Assembly: GCA_029862745.1 (NCBI GenBank)
Contig: JAOTWS010000004.1
Span: 10,250 to 42,249 of the forward strand
DNA from: Nitrosopumilus sp.
GTDB lineage: Archaea; Thermoproteota; Nitrososphaeria; Nitrososphaerales; Nitrosopumilaceae
Length of the DNA stretch: 32,000 bases
Direction: 5' to 3'
The number at the start of each line of letters is the position of its first letter. The first letter of the stretch is position 1. This document shows positions 8,065 to 16,702 of the stretch, piece by piece. The notes under the pieces were generated by a model. The model saw only the letters and a program-made list of their open reading frames with translations. It did no database searches and was not told where the DNA came from. The translations under genes were made by a program, and so were the position numbers.

Positions 8065-8508
8065 TTGCTGATAACACAAGAAATTAAAGATTTTTTGAAT
8101 ATACATAAACTATCTTACGTTGCAACGGTTTCACCTGACGGAAAACCGAATCTTTCTCCAAAAGGAACGCTAATTGGATGGACACCTAACACATTAGCTT
8201 TTGCAGATATCCGCTCACCAGATACAATGAATAATATTCAAAGTAATCCTAATGTTGAGATCAATACAGTTGATCCTTTTTCACGCAAGGGGTATTTGTT
8301 CAAAGGCAAAGCTAGGATTCTTGAAAAGAACTCACTATACGAGGACATCTTAAATTACTATAGAACACACAAGGTCAAGAGTCCAATTAATTCAATTGTT
8401 TTGGTGGCTGTATCAGAAGTATCTAAGGTAACTTCACCATTATATGATATGGGAATATCAGAGCAAGAAATTAAATTAAGATGGAAAAAACATTTTGAAA
8501 ATTTATGA
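8065..8508 (+). CDS. pyridoxamine 5'-phosphate oxidase family (FMN-binding split-barrel) protein
   Basis: The N-terminal pattern LSYVATVSPDGKPNLSPKG and the ~147 aa size are typical of the PNPOx-like family. Confidence 0.7.
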   Translation: MLITQEIKDFLNIHKLSYVATVSPDGKPNLSPKGTLIGWTPNTLAFADIRSPDTMNNIQSNPNVEINTVDPFSRKGYLFKGKARILEKNSLYEDILNYYRTHKVKSPINSIVLVAVSEVSKVTSPLYDMGISEQEIKLRWKKHFENL

Positions 8509-8513
8509 TTACT

Positions 8514-9335
8514 TTATGGATTTTGCATTTCTTTTAGTTTTTCCAATTCTTGCTTAGTTTTTTCATAGTCTTGTTTAGTTTTTTCATGTTCTTCTCTTTC
8601 TTTTTCTAATAGTGATTGGATGGTTTCAAGTTCTTTTTGTGTCATGTTAAGTTTTGATTTTAATGATCCAACTACTGCACTTGCTGCTTCTATTATTCCT
8701 GCAGAACTTTTTTTATCATTACTTTCACCTTCAATGAACTTTTTCTCTGAAGGTGTGAGTATACCTGTATTATCATTATCATCAGCATCTTGTAATTGAT
8801 CTTTTTTAGCCAATTCATCCTTTGCGTTGTATAGCCTTGAATTTGCTTCTTCTAACTCCTTTTCTACTTCAATTTGCTGCTTTCGGATATTGTGTAATGT
8901 GGATTGTTCTTGTGTTATTTGTTCTTTAATCTCATCATATTTTTTTGTAAGTTCTTCCAACTCTTGTGTTTTCTTTACTAGGTCTTCGCTTGTTTTCTTA
9001 AATTGTTCAATTTTTTGTGAATCAATAATTTTATTGGAGTTTTTTATCTTTTCATTGGTCTCTCTGTATTCTCTTTGGGCAATATCTAGTTCCATTTTTT
9101 TTTGATTGAATTCTTTTTTTACTAACATCAGACTGCTAACTGTAGAATCATATTCTTCTTTTACAGCCTTGATCTTTTCTGTAATGTTATTAAGATCTTC
9201 TTGTTTTGTTCTGAACTCTTTTTGTAGGTTTTCTACTTCTGCTTCAAGTTCATTTTTTAGTATAAACTCTTCACTTTTTTCAGATACCTTTTCTTCCTCT
9301 TTCTTCTTTCCAAATAATCCCATATTTTTAATCAC
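8514..9335 (-). CDS. Glu/Lys-rich coiled-coil protein
   Basis: The protein is 273 aa and almost entirely heptad-like E/K/Q/L-rich sequence. Its N-terminus is MIKNMGLFGKKKEEEK. It has no enzymatic motif. Confidence 0.6.
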   Translation of the reverse strand: MIKNMGLFGKKKEEEKVSEKSEEFILKNELEAEVENLQKEFRTKQEDLNNITEKIKAVKEEYDSTVSSLMLVKKEFNQKKMELDIAQREYRETNEKIKNSNKIIDSQKIEQFKKTSEDLVKKTQELEELTKKYDEIKEQITQEQSTLHNIRKQQIEVEKELEEANSRLYNAKDELAKKDQLQDADDNDNTGILTPSEKKFIEGESNDKKSSAGIIEAASAVVGSLKSKLNMTQKELETIQSLLEKEREEHEKTKQDYEKTKQELEKLKEMQNP

Positions 9336-9360
9336 ATTTTTCCAAAAGATGAACCTTTCT

Positions 9361-9561
9361 TTATTCTTGCTTTACACGTGCTCTGAAAAATTTCAAATAA
9401 AATCCAATTCCACCTATTATAATTCCACCAAACAACGCTATTGTGCCTAATTCACGCATATCTTGGTAGATGTTAGGGGCAAGAAACAGCAATAATGCTC
9501 CAAAAATTATCATTGCAAAACCTCCATTGTTTTTTCCTTTGTTGTGTTCTCCGTGAACCAT
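9361..9561 (-). CDS. small membrane protein (2 TM)
   Basis: The protein is 66 aa with two hydrophobic segments. Its start lies 2 nt downstream of the LysRS stop codon. Confidence 0.5.
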   Translation of the reverse strand: MVHGEHNKGKNNGGFAMIIFGALLLFLAPNIYQDMRELGTIALFGGIIIGGIGFYLKFFRARVKQE

Positions 9562-9563
9562 TG

Positions 9564-11150
9564 TTATGTGTACTCTGATAGTTTTTTTGCTACTTGTTTT
9601 CTTCCAATATCAGATATGAATGGCCCAATCTTTGGTCCTCTCAATGTGCCAAGAATAATTTGGTATAAGATCTTAAAGAAATTTTTTGGTTCAATATTAT
9701 TTGATTTAGCAATTTGATATATTGTATTCTGAATATCTTCTAGTTCTCCATCTGTATTTAGTGCATCGACCAGAATTTTCAAGGCTTTTTTTTCATTTTC
9801 CTGTAAATTTATTTGTATTTTTTCTTGTTGATCAAATTCATCGGAAAAATTTCCTGCAAGTCTTATTAATTCTTCAATTTCAGGTTCAGGTTTTTTTATT
9901 ACTCCATAATCTAATAATTTTTTTATTACTCTTTCAGTTCTGTTTTCTTTGAATATTTTTGTCAATTCTATTAAAAGTCTGTAATTAACATGTGTGTTTG
10001 GTTGTTTTGGAGGGTTTAACAGATTAACATACTCGTAAAGTCCTTTTGATTTTGTTAATTTTGCTTGATTATCTACTTTGATTTTTCCAAAGTAAATATC
10101 CTCAAGTTCATTATATTCCGTAATTAGTGATGGGATATCTTCGAATCCTAATTCTCTTGCACCTGTAATTCTTTTGTATAATAATAATAGAATGGATTTT
10201 GGGGTGCCAAACTCGAGCCATTTTTGAGCAGTAATTACATTTCCTAAGGATTTTGAAATCTTTTTTCCACCTTTGTCTAAAAACATTTCATATTTTACAT
10301 GATGTGGGTGTGGAGATTGTAAAATTTCGTCTGCTACCCAGTCATTGACCTTTACAGAGTCCATGATATCTTTTCCATATGCTTCAAATCGGATATCAAA
10401 TGCAGACCATCTTGCAGCAAACTCTACCTTCCAGGCAAGTTTTCCAAGGTCTTTTGTGATATCTGCCTCACCTTCATGACCGCATCCCTTGATTATTTTT
10501 GAGCCGATTTCTGTGTCATGACATCTGTACTTTACTTTCTTTTCATCTGCAATGTATTCAGTGGCTTCAGCTGTGTAAAGTCGATTACAATTTGCACAAA
10601 CTGGAAAATAAGGTAGATATTTTTGGTATTTTTCTTGTCCTACCAATTCTGAAATTTTTTCACCTATTTTTGCACTGTTTAGTAATATGGTGTGGATTTG
10701 CTCTTTTAGCAACCCATTTTTATAAGTGTCAATGGCTCTTCTGAATTCAAATTTTATCCCTACTTTATCTAATCCATCTAGAAGAATACTACTCATATGC
10801 ATACCGTATGAATCATGACATCCATATGGATCAGGGATTAATGAAACTGGTTTTGCCAAATGTTCTTCTAATGAACTAGGGAATCCTTCTGGAATTTTTC
10901 GTAATCCATCAAGATCATCAGAATAGGCAATTAGTTCTGATTTGTAACCAAAGTTCTCTAATGCTAATTTAACACCATACGCCCTTACTGCATCACCAAG
11001 ACTTCCAATATGTGGCACTCCTGATGCACCAAGACCGCTTTCAACCCTTAGTAGATTCAGACTTCTTCCAAGAACTTTTTCTCTTTCAAGTAATTCTGAA
11101 GCTAACTTGTCAATCCAGGTTCCTTTACCAAGAATTTCTTGCTCTGACAT
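9564..11150 (-). CDS. lysS: lysyl-tRNA synthetase, class I
   Basis: The protein is 528 aa. The HIGH-like PHIGSLGD motif, the KMSKS-like KISKSLGN motif and the overall archaeal class I LysRS layout are present. Confidence 0.92.
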   Translation of the reverse strand: MSEQEILGKGTWIDKLASELLEREKVLGRSLNLLRVESGLGASGVPHIGSLGDAVRAYGVKLALENFGYKSELIAYSDDLDGLRKIPEGFPSSLEEHLAKPVSLIPDPYGCHDSYGMHMSSILLDGLDKVGIKFEFRRAIDTYKNGLLKEQIHTILLNSAKIGEKISELVGQEKYQKYLPYFPVCANCNRLYTAEATEYIADEKKVKYRCHDTEIGSKIIKGCGHEGEADITKDLGKLAWKVEFAARWSAFDIRFEAYGKDIMDSVKVNDWVADEILQSPHPHHVKYEMFLDKGGKKISKSLGNVITAQKWLEFGTPKSILLLLYKRITGARELGFEDIPSLITEYNELEDIYFGKIKVDNQAKLTKSKGLYEYVNLLNPPKQPNTHVNYRLLIELTKIFKENRTERVIKKLLDYGVIKKPEPEIEELIRLAGNFSDEFDQQEKIQINLQENEKKALKILVDALNTDGELEDIQNTIYQIAKSNNIEPKNFFKILYQIILGTLRGPKIGPFISDIGRKQVAKKLSEYT

Positions 11151-11154
11151 CTTA

Positions 11155-12741
11155 CTAGTTCAATGTCTTGCTCATATATGGGCCATATAACGAATACCCT
11201 AATTTTTGGTAATATTCCCTTGTCCCAACTGCACTGATTACTAGAATTTCTTTGGCATCAAACTCTTCTTTTGATATCTTCTCAGCTTCTTTCATCAAAC
11301 TTTTTCCTAATCCTGAATGCTGTATTTCACTTTCTTCTTTTTCTCCCAGTCTTAAGGATTTTCCATAAACATGAATCTCTCTTACGATACAGGTGTTCTC
11401 ATTAATTTCATCTCTATGTGCATCAACACTTGGTTTTCTTAATCTCAAGAATCCATAAATTGATTCATTTTTGTCTTCATAAGAGAGAAATACTTCTTTG
11501 CCTCCTGATGAATCATAATCTATTCTGTTTAATTTGATAGATTCCATATCTGATTTTTTCTTTGATAGGCCTGCTTCTCTGCATCGTATACATTTACATG
11601 AAAATCCTTTTTTTGCTAGGTTTTGATGAACAATCTGCCTAAGATTACCTGATTTAGGACCTGCAATAATCTCGTTTGGGGAAATTTCTCTTTGCACTCG
11701 CATTATTCGTACCCATTTTGGAACATTTCTTTTTGCTTCGGTTAGAACTTTGATCATATCTTCATCAGAATATGGAGTGTACTTTCCTGCTTTGTATTCT
11801 TCATAAAGTGGAGTATTTGCAATAACTAATGAAGGATAAATCTTTAGCATGTCTGGACGTAACTGTGGATCTGAGAATAATTTTTTAAAATCTGCAATGT
11901 CTCCTTCAGGTGTCATTGTAGGCAATCCGGGCATCATGTGTGCAACAATCTTGTATCCTGCATCTTTTGAAATCTGAAACGAGTCTACCACATCATTGTA
12001 ATTGTGACCTCTGTTGACTAATTCATATACTCGTTCCTGTAATGATTGCACTCCAATCTCTATTCTAGTAATTCCATAACTCAACATCAAGTCAACATGT
12101 TCTTTTTTACAATAGTCAGGTTTTGTTTCAATTGTAAATCCTACATTTCTTATTGATGCGTGTTCGTTATTTGATTTGGCTTCTTCTAGATCTTTTGAGT
12201 CTATTCCATTTAGAGCATCATAACACGATTTGATAAAATTAATCTGATAATCTTTTGGCATAAATAGAAATGTACCACCAACAATCACAATCTCCATTTT
12301 AGAGGGGTCATGTCCAAACGCAATTAATTTTTCAATTTTTGAGACGATTTGTAATTTAGGATCAAATTCATTTTCAATTGCGTTAAGTGAAGATGGTTCT
12401 TTTCCAGTGTAACTGTTTGGAGAGTTGAATTCAATTCCTCCTGGACAATAAGTACATCTCCCATGTGGACATGCATACGGTTTTGGCATTAAAGCAATAA
12501 CTGCAACTCCGGATGCGGTTTTTGCTGGTTTTCTAACCAACACTTTTCTTAGTTTATCAAAATCCTCTTTTTTAACCACGGATAATATCTCATAATTTTT
12601 AGGAATTCTATCTAGAGCATATTTTGTACAAATTTTTATTATTTCTTCTTTTACTTGTTTTTTACTTGGTTCGTTAATTGTTAGAAGGCTTTGAGTGATT
12701 TCATTACATGCCTTAGAAAAAATTGGATTTAGTTTATTCAT
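11155..12741 (-). CDS. elp3: Elp3-type tRNA uridine(34) modification radical SAM/acetyltransferase
   Basis: The protein is 528 aa. It has a radical-SAM cluster region (CPHGRCTYCPGG) and a C-terminal GNAT domain (HSGLGKSLMKEAEKI...YYQKLGY). Confidence 0.92.
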   Translation of the reverse strand: MNKLNPIFSKACNEITQSLLTINEPSKKQVKEEIIKICTKYALDRIPKNYEILSVVKKEDFDKLRKVLVRKPAKTASGVAVIALMPKPYACPHGRCTYCPGGIEFNSPNSYTGKEPSSLNAIENEFDPKLQIVSKIEKLIAFGHDPSKMEIVIVGGTFLFMPKDYQINFIKSCYDALNGIDSKDLEEAKSNNEHASIRNVGFTIETKPDYCKKEHVDLMLSYGITRIEIGVQSLQERVYELVNRGHNYNDVVDSFQISKDAGYKIVAHMMPGLPTMTPEGDIADFKKLFSDPQLRPDMLKIYPSLVIANTPLYEEYKAGKYTPYSDEDMIKVLTEAKRNVPKWVRIMRVQREISPNEIIAGPKSGNLRQIVHQNLAKKGFSCKCIRCREAGLSKKKSDMESIKLNRIDYDSSGGKEVFLSYEDKNESIYGFLRLRKPSVDAHRDEINENTCIVREIHVYGKSLRLGEKEESEIQHSGLGKSLMKEAEKISKEEFDAKEILVISAVGTREYYQKLGYSLYGPYMSKTLN

Positions 12742-12953
12742 GTTTTATCATCATGATTTAGACATAAATTCGTTAAATAACTTGAGTATTATTTTGATTT
12801 TCTAGAAATCATTTGCAATAAACAAGAAATCATGGCCAATATGACAATAGTGAACGGTTTACATGATTACAATAATTCTTTTTTACGTATGAGATAATTG
12901 TGTTATTTAAGTTCAGATCCAAAAACTTTCTTTTGATTACAGAAAATATGATT

Positions 12954-13235
12954 TTAGTTTTTAGAGTGATTCATATCAATTTGGATAAAATCATCAGCGT
13001 CACCATGAATACAGTCGGTTCCAACAGATTTTACGGGTGAAAAACTAATTTTACCATCATGAATCTTACCCTCATTTTGCAAAATTCCGATTTTGCCAGA
13101 TACAATTTGTTTGTGTTTATGGCATGTTACTCCAACCATATACTCATCCTTATCAGAAACAATAGAGACGATAAATTCAGGAGGATTAACACATTGTTTT
13201 CCTTCCTCTAAAACAGAGCATTGATCAGGTAGCAC
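12954..13235 (-). CDS. hypothetical protein
   Basis: 93-codon ORF with a GTG start and no recognisable motif. Confidence 0.4.
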   Translation of the reverse strand: MLPDQCSVLEEGKQCVNPPEFIVSIVSDKDEYMVGVTCHKHKQIVSGKIGILQNEGKIHDGKISFSPVKSVGTDCIHGDADDFIQIDMNHSKN

Positions 13236-13322
13236 GCTTGAGTTGAAGTCTTATTAGATATTAATCTTGATTACCAAACATTCAATTTAATATCAACTAA
13301 AACGAAATGATATTGAAATATT

Positions 13323-14627
13323 TTGGCACGTAACTTTGATGTTGTGATTATTGGAGGAGGTATTCTTGGAACTTCAATCTCATACTATTTGTCATGTATG
13401 AACAAATCAAAGAAAATAGTTGTCATAGAGCAAGCACATAAAGTTGCATTTCACACCAGTGGACGAAATACAGGAAAAGTTCACGCCCCGTACCTATACA
13501 ACCCTGAAAAGAAAAAATTGTTTGCAAAAGCTGCATTTCATGGTTATGAAATGTGGGAGGAATATGCTGCTTTACGAAAGTTGCCTTTTAAAAAAGATGG
13601 AGTAATTGAAGTTGCACTTGATCAAAAAAGTATCAAAGTTCTTGAGAAATATCTTAAATGGGGAAAACAAAATGGGCTTGAGGATAAGGATATAAAATTA
13701 ATGAGCGATACCGAATTGAAAAAAATAGAACCTGAAATAAAGTGTGAAGCCGCACTGTATGTTTACAAAGACGGATCTACAGACTATTCAATATTTACAA
13801 ATTCGGTTATGAAAGACAGTGAGAATAGAGGTACAAAGTTTATCTTAGACACAAGAGTTACTAAAATAAAAAAAGAAGATGACAAATGGGAAATCACATT
13901 AGATGGAGAACACAAAATATTTGCAAAATTTCTAATTAATGCTGCAGGTGGAGAAGCAGTAAATATTGCACATGATGCAGGAGTTGCAAAAGAATTCACA
14001 GATGTGCATTTCAGAGGAGAGTATTGGAGGGCACCAAAAGAATATCATGACTTGACTAAAACAAGTGTATACTCTGTTCCTGAATTTCCAGACTATCCAT
14101 TTTTGGATCCACATTGGATTATCAGAGTAGATGGTAGTTGTGAGATTGGTCCAAATGCAGTTCCAGTGTTTAGTCCATATGGATATGATAAAACAGAAAA
14201 CATCAAGGAGTTTATTCCAAAGATGTTAGAAATGCTTGGCTCTGGTGCAAGAAAAGCAATTTTTGATAAACAATTTCAGCAACTTGCAATAAATGAGATG
14301 CAATCATCAATGTCAAAATCAGCAATGATTGATAGAGTAAAAAGATTCTTACCAAAAATTAATGCAGATAAAATTACTCAAAAAGGTACTGCTGGAATCA
14401 GATCATCAGTTATTGATGATAATGGGAAGTTTGTTCCAGATGTAATTTTAATTGATGACTCTATGTCATTTCATATTTTAAATTACAATTCACCTGGAGC
14501 AACTGGGGCATTACCATTTTCAGCACACATTGTAAACCATCTAAACACAACAGGACTGCTAAAGAGCGAAGATCTAAATGCACAATGTGGACCGTGGAGA
14601 TTTGCAAGCATTATAGATAAATTATAA
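13323..14627 (+). CDS. FAD-dependent oxidoreductase, L-2-hydroxyglutarate oxidase (LhgO)-like
   Basis: It has an N-terminal dinucleotide-binding motif DVVIIGGGILGTS and a C-terminal LNYNSPGATGALPFSAHIV, as in the LhgO/DAO family. The start codon is TTG. Confidence 0.8.
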   Translation: MARNFDVVIIGGGILGTSISYYLSCMNKSKKIVVIEQAHKVAFHTSGRNTGKVHAPYLYNPEKKKLFAKAAFHGYEMWEEYAALRKLPFKKDGVIEVALDQKSIKVLEKYLKWGKQNGLEDKDIKLMSDTELKKIEPEIKCEAALYVYKDGSTDYSIFTNSVMKDSENRGTKFILDTRVTKIKKEDDKWEITLDGEHKIFAKFLINAAGGEAVNIAHDAGVAKEFTDVHFRGEYWRAPKEYHDLTKTSVYSVPEFPDYPFLDPHWIIRVDGSCEIGPNAVPVFSPYGYDKTENIKEFIPKMLEMLGSGARKAIFDKQFQQLAINEMQSSMSKSAMIDRVKRFLPKINADKITQKGTAGIRSSVIDDNGKFVPDVILIDDSMSFHILNYNSPGATGALPFSAHIVNHLNTTGLLKSEDLNAQCGPWRFASIIDKL

Positions 14628-15045
14628 AAATCAGATGACTTGAGAAAACTCAATTTTTTGGCTTTATTGAATCAGGATATTTTGCCAGGTAATGACACAT
14701 GCATAATCTATTGGTATTGCATTGACATTTCATAAATCTGCAGGATAATACTGTTATAAAAGATTTTCACATAACAGATTCTGATCTCATAATCTGCAAC
14801 CATATTCCAATTTTTTAGCCAAGTTTGGATTCTAACAAAAACATCTACAGTGAAAACAACATCATTTACCCATTCTCATTGAATAAGAAGCACTTTTCAT
14901 CATATACGTCATTTTTGAGGATTATCAAGCAGGCATTAAAGGAATACAACTACACCACCAATGAAAACGCCTATTGATAGATTGGCGTATTAATTCTAGT
15001 GGAGTTTAGGCCCAGATAAACAGCAAACAATGCACCATTTCATGA

Positions 15046-15498
15046 TACTTTTCAATTCCAACTCAGACAGTTACATTTAACAAATCTATTGAAGATATAT
15101 CAGAATCTTCAGGTAGCGGGGGATGTCTTATTGCAACTGCAGCGTTTGGAAGCGAGCTTGTAACACAGGTGCAGCAGTTACGAGAAACTAGAGACAACAA
15201 ACTAATGACTACAGATGTAGGAAATGCATTCATGAATTTTTTTAACAAGTATTATTATTCATTTAGTCCTATAATAGCAGACTATGAAAGAGAAAATCCG
15301 TTATTTAGAGAGGCAGTAAGGATGTTCATTACTCCAATGATTTCAACATTATCGATTATGACATTGGCAGAAGATGGTTCAGAAGTTGAAGTTTTAGGAC
15401 TTGGAATATCTATAATTGCTCTTAACTTGGGAATTTATGTTGCAACACCAGCAGTATCTATCTTTACAGTTAGTAAACATCTAAGATCACGAAAATAG
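15046..15498 (+). pseudogene. orphan C-terminal anchor module (GGCLIATAAFGSEL..VQQLRETRD + hydrophobic tail), a 5'-truncated gene remnant
   Basis: The frame is open from 15046, directly after a TGA. The first possible start (GTG 15169) lies downstream of the Cys-box encoded at 15121-15165. There is no signal peptide or passenger domain, and the upstream 400 nt has stops in all frames. Confidence 0.5.
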
Positions 15499-15708
15499 AA
15501 TAAAATCAAAGAAAGTTATTGAGTCATATCACGATTAATCCTATTAAGTGATCTCATCTCCAACATAGACATATGCAAAAAGTTCCTGATTTCCAGTAGA
15601 GTCTCTATAGTCATCCATCCGGTAGAACCAAGTCCTTCTAAAGCATATAGATTGTATTTATCTTACCGGTATTCCTATCCATTACCTTGACTCTTGTCCT
15701 CTGTATGA

Positions 15709-16053
15709 TTATCTCTTCAGAATGAGAAAAAATTTGAATTGGTTTTTGCTTTCCATCTCTGTAAATTTTGACCAGTTCTCTATTTTCTTGTAATTTTTTA
15801 TCTGTAAGATTCGTATGACAGAACCAGAATAATTTTCAATTCTACCATAAGACATGTTACCTAGTCGTAGTTTGTCAAGGAATCTGCATGCAGTATCTGT
15901 ATTTTCTTGTGAGAATCGTTTTGCTATTCTTATCTTAGCAATCTCAACTCTCTTCTGAGAATTATGCCAATCGATTGCTTTTTTGTATTTCATAGTTCTA
16001 TGAATATGACTTGAATTTAAAGTGGGTAAATTTTGTTCATTGGGTCTATACAT
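15709..16053 (-). pseudogene. integrase/recombinase-like N-terminal fragment (truncated), next to the tRNA
   Basis: The 114 aa ORF starts 12 nt from the tRNA-Ser 3' end. The segment FLDKLRLGNMSYGRIENYSGSVIRIL resembles the N-terminal SAM-like domain of tyrosine recombinases. No catalytic domain follows, and a second frame stays open for ~57 codons from just upstream of the T6/A6 run (15794-15799) down to 15638. Confidence 0.35.
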
Positions 16054-16065
16054 TATAGTATTAGG

Positions 16066-16163
16066 CGCCGGGAGGGAGATTTGAACTCCCGTTCCCTTGC
16101 GAGAACGCGCTTTATGGTTAATAATTTCCAGGCGCGCGCCCTACCAGGCTAGGCGACCCCGGC
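16066..16163 (-). tRNA. tRNA-Ser (anticodon GGA) with a 14 nt intron at the canonical 37/38 position
   Basis: Folded by hand: acceptor stem GCCGGGG/TCCCGGC, D stem GCCT/GGGC, and anticodon stem CGCGC/GCGCG. The anticodon loop is CTGGAA[ATTATTAACCATAA]A, with the intron at 16112-16125. The long variable arm is TTCTCGCAAGGGAAC, the T arm is GGGAG-TTCAAAT-CTCCC, and the discriminator is G. Confidence 0.8.
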
Positions 16164-16230
16164 ACAAGTCTTGCGACAAATGTAATTGGCGAAATGTGAT
16201 TATATATTGTATCATTTAAGAAATAAAAAA

Positions 16231-16677
16231 TTACTTCCAGATTGTAATAGTTGTGGATCTTTCTACAGTATTTTGTTCTGCATCCATTCCTTTTACAGAG
16301 ATTTTGTAAAGACCTTCCAATGCAGCATCACCATCATTTTTAATTTGATTCCATAAAAATTCAACTTCAACTCCAGGTTCTAAATTAGATCTTATTTGTG
16401 TAGAAGCAGGAGTATACATTAGTATTCCAGATAATCCAGTAATCCTAAGACCATAGGAAGTATCAGTAAAAATCAACGGAACAGTACCTGAATTTACAAT
16501 TCGAATTTTAATTTCTTCGCCTTTTTTAAAATCAGATTTTTCAGTAACTATTGAAATCGAAGATCCTTCAACATAGATTAATTGACTAGTACTTTTTACA
16601 TCAATTAAATAAATTCCAAATGCAAATCCTGCAATTACACCAACACCAACAAAAATTACAAGACTTTTAGATAACAA
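16231..16677 (-). CDS. membrane-anchored exported protein with a beta-rich (Ig-like, possibly BsuPI-like) domain
   Basis: The protein is 148 aa with an N-terminal TM/signal anchor (VIFVGVGVIAGFAFGIYLI) followed by a beta-strand-like pattern. The inhibitor-like assignment is a weak pattern impression. Confidence 0.5.
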   Translation of the reverse strand: MLSKSLVIFVGVGVIAGFAFGIYLIDVKSTSQLIYVEGSSISIVTEKSDFKKGEEIKIRIVNSGTVPLIFTDTSYGLRITGLSGILMYTPASTQIRSNLEPGVEVEFLWNQIKNDGDAALEGLYKISVKGMDAEQNTVERSTTITIWK

Positions 16678-16702
16678 TTATTTTAGAATAGTTTCTTTAT
16701 TT

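Noticed and set aside
8827-9450. Two plus-strand ORFs (92 and 114 aa, Ser/Phe/Cys-rich)
   Set aside because: They lie antisense to the Glu/Lys-rich coiled-coil gene and the 2-TM gene. The S/F-rich low-complexity composition is what the reverse complement of GAA/AAA-rich coding gives.
14981-14996. Small hairpin ACGCC-N-GGCGT in the decayed region near 14.97-15.0 kb
   Set aside because: The stem is only 5 bp with a 12 nt loop in non-coding AT-rich DNA, which is too weak to call a terminator or structured RNA.
15063-15248. 61 aa minus-strand ORF
   Set aside because: It is antisense to the Cys-box region of the orphan C-terminal module. It has no motif, and the plus-strand reading has recognisable family similarity.
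14628-16063. Direct repeat of the tRNA-Ser 3' half (att site) that would delimit the putative integrated element
   Set aside because: I scanned by eye for fragments such as GATTTGAACTCCC and GGAGGGAG and found no second copy in 14.6-16.06 kb. The element boundary therefore remains undefined, and I do not claim an att pair. A computational repeat search is still needed.
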